Shown piece by piece: positions 50,768-64,000 of a DNA stretch of 64,000 nucleotides (position 1 is the first letter of the stretch; each line of letters opens with the position of its first letter). The position numbers and the translations under genes are program-made. The DNA is from Bugula neritina (lineage: Eukaryota > Animalia > Bryozoa): NCBI GenBank assembly GCA_964035545.1, contig OZ037772.1, forward strand, positions 8,921,150-8,985,149. The letters are read 5' to 3'. The notes below the pieces were generated by a model. The model made no database searches and was not told the origin of the DNA. It worked only from the letters and a program-made list of their open reading frames with translations.

Positions 50768-52768
50768 ATCATCTTTGGAGGAGCGCCAATACATAAGGGA
50801 TTATACTATAATGATATAAACAACAGCTAGAAAAATGAGTGGGTTATATTCCATCAGGGTGTTCACTAGCAGTGGATTGCCATCTTGTTTTAAAATTGGC
50901 CTATGACTCTGTTGCTACTTGCAAAGGTATCTTGATTAAATAAACCAACGGTTAAAAATAAACTGTAGTTTGTATATTATTACTAAGGCACAGCCAGCGG
51001 TCAGAGCTATGGTATATAAATATACACTGATGTACTAGGACCTAGGTAATAGATTGACAAGTCAAATTATCTTTTATAGGTAAACACACTTTGGTTTGAG
51101 AAAACATGCATGCAGCCTTAATTTTAGGTTTACGTCAGCAAATCATGAAAAGATCTAAACTAATATTAGAGGTAAATTTTAAAAATTAAATTAATTTTAC
51201 TTATTTTTACAATAACAAATTTTTTGGAGAAAATAAGTTGCTTCCTTTTTGTTGCAATGATATTCAACTTGCTTGAGCTATGGCCATCAGTGATGAAATT
51301 TGAAACCCTGATTGTTTTGAGATAACTTTGTGACTTGTTATACATTTTTGCATATCTTTACCAACATATTACTTGATTCATGATAGTTTTCACATTGCAA
51401 TTTACGGCATCAGTTGAGACTTGCACTCTGACAAAATATTAACAAAGCCAAACATATGGCCACACTACAGTGAAAGGTGGTTGGTTATATTAATTGTGGC
51501 TGCACTAGTCATGGTCCTAGCAGTTGGCCTACCATGGTATTGCCAGGTGCGAGCAAGCTTACAAGCATTTATATAGCTATAGCTAAACTGATAAGCTTAC
51601 AAAACATGTTGGCTAACATTATGCAGTTCACAATAGGCATATGGAAAACAAAGATGGTCAAAGGGTAATGATATTGTGGTTGACATAATATGTTAACTAT
51701 AAATAGTTCACGAATGCAGTTCCATTAGGCCTACTGGATTACCACTTATTTGCACTAACAGAATGTGTTACAAACGGGCCAGCAGGCAACTAAACCGTGT
51801 AATGCACAACTATTGACGTTATGCTATGTCATTATGCTCTGAAGTACGTTCTGTCATGGCTGAAAGTCACACTACTCTACACTTGCAGTAGCAATTCGTT
51901 TACTACTTCCATCACCAACACTTGCATTTTTATAGGGGCCAAATTCCTGTACCAAATGGTGTGCTATTCTTTCAAAACAGAGTACTATAAATATTATTTT
52001 GCTCATAGATTTTAGCAGACAAAGAATTTATACTAAAGACTACCCTATAGAAATTCTATTTAAGAAAAAACTTCAATCCTAAAATACTACCTATTGACTT
52101 ATACAGCTGAACAGAAAAAGAAGTAACCGCAGTTCGAGTATTTAGCATATCTGAGCCACAATTCAAAAATAAATAGAAGCATAGCACATGTGCATAGTTA
52201 ATATCATATTATAATAGTTCATATAGTTTGTTTGCCTTTGACAGCATATTGAATATTTCTCTACTTGGCTGTAGGTAAGCCCTGCAGTTTTTGTTTTTAT
52301 CTTAATTTACAATGAAAGAATAAACTTGAAAAATGCAACCAAAAACTTATTATTGAAAAAAGGCTTTTAACTACTCTGCTAACTATGGCTTTTAATTGTC
52401 AATAAATGACCCTTTTCATCTAACTATTGCATGGTGCTGAGACGACTGATAATTATGTGTAAAAATGTGTGCAGGTGGGATTAATTAGCTGAGAAACTTT
52501 ATTAACCTAAGCTCTTAAACTACAAGAGCGTTGATTAGGGGTGCATGGTAAAACGAAAGTTATTTCACTGCTTTTCCTCTATAAAACTGAAGCCTTTCCA
52601 AATATATTTTTTATTGCACCAGCTGGTACAATCTAAAAATAAAATAAAGCTGAACAATCAAATTAAAAGAATAGGCGTTTTATATCTTAACTTGTTGAAA
52701 TGGTGCAGTAAAATTTGTTTGTTGCCTTTTAGGTAAATATTCACCAGGGCTGACATTGACTTCTTTAT

Positions 52769-52929
52769 CACTGCGTTTCCATGACTTCGCATAATGCGAA
52801 TGAATTCTGTACGGATTATTTGCGGTTTGTGGTTTGCATTAACTTATAGTTGCGTTTCATCGGATGTAACTGTTCCCATTAGCCGAATGAAAAAATCCAT
52901 TCGCATAATGCGATAATGGAAACGCAGTG
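52769..52929. mobile_element. MITE-like element, family B, 14-bp terminal inverted repeats
   Basis: CACTGCGTTTCCAT ... ATGGAAACGCAGTG with internal TTCGCATAATGCGA motifs. Degenerate relatives at ~52930-53066 and ~3982-4191. Confidence 0.75.
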
Positions 52930-53925
52930 TACTTCGCTTCTATGACTGAGCATTGTGTGAATTTGTAGTTGCAGTAACTCATCAGTTGTGGTTTCCTTCG
53001 TTATGTAATTAGTTCCATGAGGTGATGAGAAATCCATTTCGGAATGAGAATGATGAATTGCAGTGCATGTAGGCTGCAGCTTCCAATTTTCTTAAATCAA
53101 CCATTAGGCTATGTGTACAAAAAAAGGCAAAATACTTTGCTGTGGCCAACAGTCTGAAAAATACCAGCTAGCACTGAATAAAGCACAATAAGTATAGCTT
53201 ATTTGCAATGCAATGTTGAGTTTTAGAAAGGTCTCAAGTTAGTGTTATTTCCTCACCACTCATGTGGAAAATTTACCAATACTCCCTATTGCTAAGATTT
53301 TGTGCTATGCATCTAATTACTAAGGTGTGAGTTTTTAGAACCAATACTAGAATATAACTCCTTGCGATTATGTGGGAGAGAGATGACATATTTGTTGTCA
53401 GTCAATATATATTGTAGGCTTGCCTATTACAGAGCTCAAGCCTAGCTCTTTACAATAAAAAGTACAAAGGTATGAAAGAACAATAGTATGACAACAGAAC
53501 CATGCGGTATCGTAACAATCAGGATGCAAATCATCTTGATTATATAGCTAGATGCTTTTCTTCTCTAACGTAGATGTTCTTGTCAATAGTGAAGCTGCAC
53601 TTAAACTCAAATGGCCACTTTCTTTTAGACCTGTAAAAGCAAAATATATTTCAACAGTCAAACTAAATAAGTTGAGGCGATGGTTTCATTGAAGTGACAC
53701 ATAGCAACAGAGTATGCAAAACAGGGGTAGAAAAAGAAATAGGGTAAGGCTCCATCAAGAAGACTCCAACAAAATTGAAAATGCTGATATAAAATGTGCA
53801 TTTGACTGACAATGTCTTTTGGCAATAAATTATGACTGCAGACAGCCCCTAGTTCTTAGTACCTAGAGGATCAATTAGGTTTCATGGAGATGAGTTGTGC
53901 TACATAAGCAATGAGGGTAACTAGT

Positions 53926-54402
53926 CAATATTCTGAATGCCCATTGCTCCGAAGGTCCATTAGTCCGAAAATTAGTACACACAGGCATCCTCAATGAGAA
54001 TATCATTAATTTCACTCACAATTCAGTTTAAGTTCTAGCTATGTTATTGCTCTGTGGGTGGCATGTGTGTTGCCTACTTGCTACATCATCCATCAACATG
54101 ATTATGCGTACGGTACATTATTAATTACAGGCTTGCGAGGTGACAGGCTAATGAATAGCTTGGTGTGTACTTTGTTTATGGAGCAGCCATAATGGAATGT
54201 TGATACAGCCCTTATTGATCATAGTGTAATCTCAGGCTAAACAATCACAAATAGGCAACACGCATGCCACCCACAGATCAATAATATAGCAAGAACTTAA
54301 ACTGAATTGTGAGTGATATTAATGATATTCTCAGTGAGGATGCCTGTGTGTACTAATTTTCGGACTAATGGACCTTCGGAGCAATGGGCCTTCGGAATAT
54401 TG
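53926..54402. mobile_element. MITE/foldback element with ~155-bp inverted arms
   Basis: 53926-54080 (CAATATTCTGAATGCCCATTGCTCCGAAGGTCCATTAGTCCGAAAATTAGTACACACAGGCATCCTCA...) is the near-perfect reverse complement of ~54248-54402. Confidence 0.92.
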
Positions 54403-56583
54403 CTTCGTCCCCAGAAATGAAGGGATCTGAGACAGGGCGGCAGTAAATGCAGTAACTATATTTGTGGGAAAGAGAAGGCTGGAATAATATGGGCACCTAT
54501 GCAGCAGAGAACAATAAAACAAGAAGGGAATCAGCTACATCAGTGTGAAACTCCAGAGAAAGAGAGCAAGACCAAAACATTTAAACATGGGGGTTAAAAA
54601 TCAAAAGAGATCATAGATTAGTGCAGAACACTGCGACCTAAAAGAATACAGTGAAGAATAGGAGGATGGCAAAATTAAGTAAAACAATGAGTATGAGAGT
54701 GACACCACTTGTGAAGCCGAAGTTCTATTTCTTTTAATTAATTGGTGAAAAAATATAATAGCAACTTTTATGACAGTCTTGTAGATTGGCTGTGTGATGA
54801 GGTGACTTGAATACAGCAGCCATGAGTAAAACCTGGCTGCAAATTAAAGCAGAAGGTGAACATTTTATGTATAATATAAGAGATATATTCAAAAATTGAA
54901 ATTACCATAAAAACTGTAGTCCTTGTCTGATAGTCAAAATAAATTGGCTGCCATCCATAATTTCATCATTCATAATTTCATCTTGATTACACTGCAAAAC
55001 AAAATGAAGTATTTTGTTGATCACATGTATGAGTTTGAAATGAACTATGGTAACAAATATTAACATAATATTTCCTTGCATTTAGTGCATTTTTTAGTTA
55101 AGTAACTAGTCTGAATACTTCACATTGCAGTTTAATTTTCTAAACCAAACATACATTGATGAGCCTGAACTGAACAAGTGTTAGGTCAGCTTGACTAAAA
55201 TATAACCATAAATACCATCAATATAAATTAGGGGTTTGTTGATTAAAATATAGTAAAGTAACAGAGTAAAATTAAAACAACCCTGAACAATAGCGTAGTA
55301 AAAGTGTACATTCAGGACTCCACACTTAAGGAGTATAGGAGGATGACAAAAATCAAGTTCAACCATATGAAAAACTAGGAAACATACTGACATCATGTCC
55401 AAATATTCTTCCAACTGTCAAACATTTTAAACACTTGAGAAGAAAAATACCTCAAAATTGTGTGCATTATTTTTAGGTCTTCAAAGTTAATGCTTGTTCA
55501 TGAAGATAAAGAAAAAAAACTGAGAAACTGATTATTCATGTAAAAGTAAATGTAATAATTTGACTATGTTCTGTAGTAAAAAAATTATGATGACTTCTTT
55601 TTCTAATATGTGTAAAGAGATAATATACTAGGTAAGCAATGCAGGGCTTTTTAATCTTTTAAATTTGTGCTCAAAGTATATTATATTACCACTAAGCCTT
55701 AAGATATGCAATTTATTTTTAGATCATCTGTTATCATAATAGACTTTTAATTTTGTACAAATGATTTACCTGGACAAGCAAAACAAAGTCTTTCCATTAC
55801 ATCTTCTATGTCAGCATTTTTCAGCTTCACCACAACAGCCATCGAGTAGTTCATTTTAAACTAAAAAGAAATAATTAATTTAGGAAATACAATGATTGCC
55901 TATGTAAAAAGTGACAATGTATGCACGTATGGCATCTGAAGCCACATTTAACTAACTATTCAACTTGCTAATATCATTTTTAAATAAGTTTTTGAAAATG
56001 GAATTAAGACAGTTATGAAAAAAAATTGATAACAATAAGAATATATGTTGAATTAAGTAATCATAGGTAGCAACTATAATAATCATAGTGAAAGAAATAA
56101 TTTCGAAGGGTGATGAAGTAATTCAACAGAATAAAAACTATGATGCGACTTTTAATTGTCACAATAAGAACTTTGGACAAAAAAAAACTTTGCAGGCTTT
56201 GAGTTATATATAAATAAAACCCTTTAGAATTTTTTGAAAAATAGTCTTACGAGACATAATAATACATAGTTAAGTTTTAGATTTTTACAACACACTATGA
56301 CTCATAATTAGTTAATAAAATATTCTTTTGTAACTGCATAGTGCATATAACATCTATTTGAATCAATTTGATGGAGTTTGTGAAATTTCTTGTTTGAAAA
56401 TTACAAAAACTGGCGGCATGTTCGAGTTGTTGAAAATAGCAAAAAACAAGTAGTAAACAAAGTTAAATAACATTTGCAAAACCTTATACAATGTGCTGTT
56501 AAATGCTTGGACAGATACTATCTTGAATAAGATTAATGCAAGCTTAAAAAAACTTTAAAGTTGAAAGGCATATATTTTGTTAC

Positions 56584-57449
56584 CATCATAATTCATATGC
56601 TGTGTAATCAAGCCACATCTTGAGATATAAATATTTTTCTGCTCCGTGGTCTCTTCAGTACTTAGACCTATGCCTTGCCACACTCTACCACTGCACTTAG
56701 CCTTCAATCATAAATCACGATGACATGCAGTGTAAATGTTGCAGCTGTGGCCTGGTGAATAAGGATATTTTCCAACCACAATTTTTAACAAAACAAAACA
56801 AGTTCTCACCTAAAAAACTAGAAATCAACTATAAAGAAAAATAATTGATTTTTAGTTTGATTATATGGTTTAAACCTGCATTTGCATAGGGGTAGTTGAA
56901 GTCTAAACATTCACCAGATTCGCATACATTATTTTCAATATTTCATGTTACCTAAAACTAAAATATATTCAATACTAAAACATTTATTAAAGTGTAGTAA
57001 CTGACATGTTCAAATGTGTGCCTTAGCCTGCATCACACTCAAAAAGTAATTGTGAGAGGAAACAAGCTTTGCTTCCATTTTAGAAGTCAAGAGAAGTACC
57101 GTCACCTTACATTGGTAGCAACAGATTGTGTACCAAGAAATTGTTTCTAAAACTCCACAAAAATATAATTAAAACGTTGAAGATTCTACAGGCAAAAAGT
57201 TCTGAATAGATTTTTATAAGCAGAGGACAAATTAAATTTTGCAAATAATTTCAAGCACAAATAGTCACTAAACAAACTTTATATGCATATAAATAAAAGC
57301 CAGCAATACATTAATTAACTTACTTGCATTATATAAGGATAAGCACAGATCTCCCTCTCTCCATATCCAATGCCTTACATATAAGTGCCTGAAACCGTCT
57401 TTGCAGCTTTCCATTCAATTCCTCCACAGTGGTCACCAACTGAAATATT
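56584..57449 (-). pseudogene. Decayed intron-containing KDZ (Kyakuja-Dileera-Zisupton) transposase, catalytic core
   Basis: Three collinear exon-like blocks. 57449-57324: CGGIEWKAAKTVS / KALDMERG(frameshift)EICAYPYIMQ. 57146-57001: KQFLGTQSVATNVR*RYFS*LLK / FLSVMQAKAHI*TCQ. 56701-56584: AKCSGRVWQGIGLSTEETTEQKNIYISRCGLITQHM. These match my recollection of the animal KDZ consensus ALNMxRGExxAYP..DVxCKYW..FLSVMHAKAHxWxC..WSGR..GxGxxxGExxEQxNSxLSR..TKxM. Confidence 0.8.
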
Positions 57450-60400
57450 CTGAAAAATTAAATAATAATTTAACGTACCCATACAATTCTTACTTGTTTG
57501 CTCATATTGAAAACAAAAAAGATGAAAAAATAAAACAAGACATGTGACCATCGAACAATAGTTGGTAAATTGTATTGTATTGTAAATCATACGCAATCAA
57601 ATTGAGAGCCTCAAACAGCCCTCTAAAAAAGTTGGTTATGCTCAACCATGCCGTGTATTTTTGATGTCATATGGGAGAACCCCACTTCATATATGTGATT
57701 AGTTTAAAGAAGAATTACAAGAAAACAGCATTTGAAAGCTTTCTTATCAGTTTGCTACTATAACCGCATCGGTTTTAAAGAGTTTTTTGCATTGCCCATT
57801 AATGAAATTATAAACGGTAACCGTCACAGATCATATCCAGAGTTTCTACCATTTGTTTATGCCAGTTCATTCTGATTTTTTGATTGATTTTTATCCTCAA
57901 TCTTTCATAATTTTTTTTCAACATGCAAAAGTGGTAAAACAATTTATATTATAGGATAAATGGTACTGGTTCAACTTTTTCACAGAGCGATTCAATCTGC
58001 CCCCTACAGAGGCACGTTGTAAAAAAAAATTAGTAAAAAAATGGGCTCTATGTTAGTGAGTAAAATGTTTACACATTTGATTTCAAAGGACAAAGACTGC
58101 AACATATGACTGACTTTTATGGTTATGGTCTTTGGATTGGCAAAATAATTCTCTACAAGTCATGCTAAAAAACACAATTTTTGGTTCAACTATATCCCCA
58201 CCCTCGCCAATACGATATGAATTTCAATAGCCTTTCTCAGGGTTACCACTGTAATTCCAGAGAGCTATGCTTAAAAACAGATTTATAGCAATTTTTCACA
58301 GAAATTAAAACATGTTGAGAGCATATTTAGCTTTTAATTGGTGTGTACATTGTCTTATATTACCTCATAAATACTGAGGAAAACATGAATTACCAACAAA
58401 ACCAAAAATTATCTATGGGTGTCCAAGAAATTTGAGCATGACTGCATTTGCAGAAAATTATTATAAAACAAAATTGTTTGAACATGCAACCCACAAACAG
58501 ATGAGAACTAAGATATTACATATAATTATATATTGTAATGCTGTATAAATATAGTGTGTCAGGGAATTTTCAAATAGGTATTATGAATAAATACAAATTG
58601 ATGTAGAATTTTAATAAATATGTAAGATGCACCTACTTTTCACGCAGCTTCAATCTTTATTTATTAAGTTTCAACTTTTTGCAGCATCACTTCTGACGTC
58701 ATCTTCTGCCATACTCCTTTCAGTCAATGTCTCAAGTTGTGGCAAGCACAGGGAATAGCTATAGCCTATTCATCATTATCAAGAGTCTATAAAAATCATT
58801 CCAAACAGATAACTTTTAAGTTGTAGTCAGCAGCTATGAACAGAGTTGTCATTGTGAACATTTCAATAATGAAAAGGATATTTATATTCCCATTGAACTT
58901 AAATACCCATATTATAAGTACATCTAATAACGCAGCAAACTCCCTTTTAAAATCACATTAATATAGCATCAGCAAAAGAACACTAAATGGCAAAAGCAGT
59001 TTGAAAACCAATTTCAGATTGAAAATTTAATTGATCAAATATTGCTTTTTTATTTAGATTAAGACTCATTGCGGTAAACAAGCAAGAAAACTTTGTGATA
59101 TGGATAAGAAAGGTTTTAAAACAAAAGCCATGATTTTCAAAAAGTCTGCACCACACTTAAAATCAACACCATCCTAGATGCTACACCAGAGCAATGAATA
59201 ATTAAAACAGTATACCTTGGAGAGTTAATAACTGATATTGCATGGTTAAAATGAACAAGAAATAAAGAGAAGAAATGAACTGGCAAAAAATGCTTTCCAG
59301 GATATTTCTTAAGTATATTGAAATTAGAAAAATCAAAATACAAACACGAGAGAAATTACTATGCAAAAAATTCTTCCCCATATAACAAGCAGATATTATT
59401 AGTTATTTATCAGTAACGCATCTACTAGGCATAGACTCACAAGGTTTCATAGTTGATTGTAAGAACAAGGTCGGCAAAGGTTTTTGGATGTTGCAAGAAA
59501 GATAAAACTCAAACCTTAGTGTGTTAGGATAAATGAGCAAAGACTCTACCTATGCTACCAGAAGCAGCAACTGGTCCCAAAAAGTGGAGTAAAACTTTAC
59601 ACTTTTAATGATGATGTTTTATGATCATTATTATTAAAAAAATGTATATCATACTGATAAAACTATAGCGGTAAATGTGAAACATATAATTCATATCAAT
59701 ATTCACACCGTATAAGAGTATTTACTTAAAATGGCTTATTCATTTGGAATTGTAACAATACTCACAAGTAACAGAACACGTACCAATAAAATAACAATCA
59801 CTGTAAAAAATGAGTATTTAACACCATAAAAACCTAAAGCATTGATACTTGTGGTACATCTAGTACTAAACTCTAAAGCACTTACAGACTTACAGTGGTA
59901 GTCTGTTATCACTAAATCTAATGATTTTCACAGTTCTCAATCAAGGTATTAGACACCATAACTACTAGTGGGCCTACTACTACTACTAGTAGTAGTACTA
60001 GTAACTAGAGTACTACTACTACTAGTACTACTACTGTACTAGTAGTAATAATAATTTATATCAAAAATGAGCACATTGTTTTACTAATAATATTCTCAAC
60101 CTAATAGCAATAGTACCAACCTGATCCGTAATGGGTTTTCCTGAAGAATGGAACTAGATTGTAATTACCGACATGTGTATACATACTAAATTAGTCTCTA
60201 ATAATATATTATTATGAAATTTATGATTATCGCCCCATTTGCGGAGTAGTCAGGCCGAGTTTATTATGAACACAAGAGTCGAGTAAATTTGCGCAGATAA
60301 ATTACTGGCCACCATGATAGACCAGACCTGTTTTGACCGAATATCGGTTCTACTTGAACACTAGAATCGCCCCCAAGGTCCAATGCCTAATTGAGTCCGC

Positions 60401-61891
60401 GGCTCCTTTGGTCAAATGACCCAAAGATTCAATTTCAATTTTGAATACCATAGGCGTGCTCAAACTTATAGTTATAGGCTAGGGCATATGCATGGTTATT
60501 ATTGGAAAATAGATTAATAATTAGTAATACTAATACTAATAGTAATACGAATGCACTAATGGTAATAGTTATAATGTCACGATTAGACTTTACATTTGCT
60601 CTTACTCTTAGTCTTAGTTATAATCATGTTTATAAACATGAATATCGCTCTCACTCTGACTCACACTCTGACTCTAACTCTAAGTCTAAGTCTATCAGCA
60701 TCACTATCAGTATCACTACCAATATGAATATAGCTATAACTATAAGTATTACTCAATCAGTTTCACTATGACTATGATAAAATCATAAAATGATAAATAA
60801 TCCACTAATACTTAGTGATAACAGTTACTGATTAGAGTGATCTTAAATTAGTAATCAGTATAGCTGTGAGTATAACTCACTGTAGTACTCTTAATCATAA
60901 TCATAATGGTAGTGGTATGAGTATCACTATCAGTATGGGATCAACTAATACTAATAGTAATACTGTAAAGTGTAATACTAATACTAATACAGTATTACTA
61001 ATAGTAATAGTATCAAATCGAAATTAATCAATAGTAAATATAGTTATACTTAAACTTAAAGACTTATAGTAGTAATAGTTATACTTATAGTATTAGAACC
61101 TTATACTATGTCTATAGTCTATGACGGCATGACATACCCATAAATGGTGATGTCTAAGTCCTACTTCAAAGTAGCAGTTAAACTTAAAGTTTGATATTCT
61201 ACTCTGTATAACCGAGACTGACTATCATACACCTTACATGTCATGCTGAGTATCATTATGATTATCACTTGAGGTTTATGAGTATCACTTTCAGTAAGAT
61301 AATCATACTATGACTATGAGTTATACTTATAGTCACACCCCGATACCCATACTTCTACTTCTAGTGATCTACTCTTACTCCTAGTTCTACGGGCAAGGCT
61401 ACTCACTCATACTCATAGTCATAGTAACTGATAGTGGTGTAACCTAAACTAATACTATAACCAATGCCAAAAGACAAGGTAAAGCTAAAATTAAAAATAG
61501 AAACCAAAGGGTCATAAATCATATATGTAATGGTGTTTTAGTTTATGATTGTTTATGTTCATTATATGTTTATTCTACCAAGTACCAACTCATCAGTCAC
61601 TTAGTTTTATAGTGATAATTATACTTACACTTATAGCCTACACCCTATAGCTTATTTAATTTTGACTCTACCTTGCCCTTTGGCAGTGATTTAGTTTTAA
61701 TTAAATTGTTATATTTAATGTTTTTCATGAACTTTATGAAATTTTATTGATAAGATATCATATAGTAATAGTGATAATTGTATCATAATGATGATATTGA
61801 TATATAAAACATTATGACCATCAATGTATCACTGTGAATGTAATAATTTTTATATAAGTAAATTAATTTACTATTAAATAAAACTTGTGCA

Positions 61892-62010
61892 AGTTTATAG
61901 TTGGCATCCCTGTGAGAAACCCCTGATGGGAAAGGTTTTTTGTTAAATGGGGCTAAGCAATTATTTGGTTGGAGCATAGGAGTAATTATGACTGGATGCT
62001 TTTCCTAACA
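61892..62010 (-). mobile_element. SINE copy 7, 5'-truncated
   Basis: Plus strand AGTTTATAG..CTGTGAGAAACCCCTGAT..AATTATGACTGGATGCTTTTCCTAACA; tRNA head absent. Confidence 0.82.
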
Positions 62011-62999
62011 AATGACAGTAATGAAAAATTGAATATGATTGTTATCTAATCATTATGTAAGGTTAACCTTTATGTTAGGAATCTCAATAGCACGAGCATA
62101 CAATTCAATCATCGCCATGTTGGCTGTGATTTTCTTAATCATACTTATTAAGCTTGCAGTTTTTGATATTTGATAGATATAGTATTCATAATAATAGTCA
62201 CTTAAATTTGATGGTAATATTGATCAATAAATTTTAAGTACACTGACTAAATCTAATGATTAGTGGTAATGAAACTAACGACACTCAAACTGATTTGCCT
62301 CAAGACTGAATTATGTTTTCTAAGTGATGACAGACTAAGATTAAGTTTAATAATAGGGCAGTAGTACATGTAACTAAAAGTATAAGCTAAAGTATACAAC
62401 CATAAGTGAGTAACCATGATGTTATCTCGACCAACGCAATCTCAATACTAATACCTGATTTATTGAAAATGTTACTATATATTTGAGTATGAGTATGTAA
62501 CTGTATTAATATGATAAAACTTATACAGTTATGCACATAGTGCTAGTGAAAGTATCTCAAACCGTTGCAAAATCCAACTTTATTCAAAACTTTGCTACAA
62601 ATACTTGAGTTTTTATTTTAAGGTTGATCATAAAAAGTTAAAATTATTGTGAATAAATTAATTTTAACTGTTCATTTTACTTCAACATTATCTTTTAATT
62701 TAATAAAGTTTTAATGAATATTAATTTATTTATTTTTCAACAAGTCACTGTTTTAATTAATATAGGTATAAGTTTAGGTATCTAATAACTTTAACCATCA
62801 TTATATTCATCATTTTTAATTTGTATGCCAATTGCTAAATTATAATACCTATACTGATATCACCACTGTTGAATTATTTTTCTTATTCACCTATGTTTGT
62901 AATACGGTTATTGCTTGTTAGTTAGTAGCATATATAACAACTATAGTAATAGCTATAACTACAAGCATATTTAATATGCTAAGGTATATTGAGAGATTG

Positions 63000-63760
63000 T
63001 CATAAATATCTCAGTGATCATATACATGACACCCTTAGCATTCATGTCTTGAACATCTAGCCATAGCTCCCTTTATATTGTTTCCAGTGTTGAATGCCCA
63101 TCCTGCAAGAATGCTTTGCCTCCATTTGAGAGGTGGTAAATTGATTGGATTTTATGTAAAATTTCTTAAGCTCTTGTTTCAGGACATCCTCAAACCTTAG
63201 ATATAAGTTCTTCTAGCTGGATGAGTTCCTTTTGATATTAATGCATGCAATCGAGTGCGGCGGATGAGATACTTTGGCATGTTGACCAGCTCAGTGAAGA
63301 CAGAAGAAATTCAGTTTTGAAGAAAGAGAATCCGGGTCTGTGATTTCAAATACATCTTCATTTATCATTTTATCTTCCCAGATTTTACTCAACATGTATC
63401 TTAAACTCCAGGTAAGAAAAGTGCTGAGCTTTGATTCTTGCAGTCCACATGTTGCCCATGTTTTTGATCCACAAGGAAGAATGCTGAGAACACAAACTTC
63501 GTAGACTTTTCTTTTGGCGTGAATATTAGGGTGGTTGTTTGTCCATATTTGCTACTTCACAAAGTGGAATTATTTTGGTATTTGTCATATCCTGCAGAGC
63601 CCATTTAAATGTTTGAGCAGAAAAAGTAAAAATAAATATTTAGCAGTGTGTTTACTGTTTTGATGATGGTTTTAGGGAAACATGTAGATTTACCATTCAT
63701 GTACTTGTGACAGGCCTGTGTTTCAGCGATTAGGAGAGTAGAATTTTTCTTTAATAGAAA
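63000..63760 (-). mobile_element. RTE-clade LINE fragment (RT thumb / C-terminal region), decayed
   Basis: Minus-strand translation QIWTNNHPNIHAKRKVYEVCVLSILPCGSKTWATCGLQESKLSTFLTWSLRYMLSKIWEDKMINEDVF...CLH*AG resembles the RTE motif series VW..L..TK.KVY.ACVLS.LLYGSETW...RCLR.IL.I.WQDK..N..V...LRWAG. Boundaries approximate. Confidence 0.8.
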
Positions 63761-64000
63761 TTGAGTCATGCAAGGGAAGCTGGTTTCCTTACTTTATTAA
63801 GCAAAATTTGCTATCACAACAACAGAAGTGTTGCTAGCCTTGATTTGGAAACATTTTATATTTATAACTCTGATACTTATTTTGAGACATTTGGCTGCAT
63901 GTTGGATAGATTGCATAGCATCTTTACTTGCGCTAATACTTAGAAGCATTTACTTGGTTTTCCTATAGTTTTATTTTGAATGTTTTTATGACATATTGCA

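Noticed and set aside
56584-57146. In-frame TGA codons as selenocysteine or readthrough
   Set aside because: Accompanied by frameshifts and loss of catalytic residues, and no SECIS was seen; ordinary pseudogene decay is simpler.

Overview
AT-rich, intron-rich animal (invertebrate-like) genomic DNA; the species cannot be determined from the sequence. Left 38.5 kb is gene-dense: 3' end of an NRF-6/OAC-type acyltransferase (+), an ABHD2-like serine hydrolase (+), RPL35 (-) head-to-head with ARPC5 (+; first intron is U12-type), a roughly 33-exon laminin chain (-) whose short arm carries both a beta-type (IVB/LF) and a gamma-type (IVA/L4) globular domain, and CDC26 (+). The right 25 kb has no intact recognisable gene. 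It holds a decayed, intron-containing KDZ (Kyakuja-Dileera-Zisupton) transposase, MITE-like inverted repeats, an RTE-clade LINE fragment, tRNA-like remnants and a few orphan exon-like segments. A tRNA-headed SINE occurs 7 times. Gene models were built by hand from splice signals and remembered protein-family motifs; no searches were run. I found no clearly novel system; the best leads are the spliced KDZ relic, the beta/gamma hybrid laminin and the RPL35-ARPC5-laminin-CDC26 linkage.
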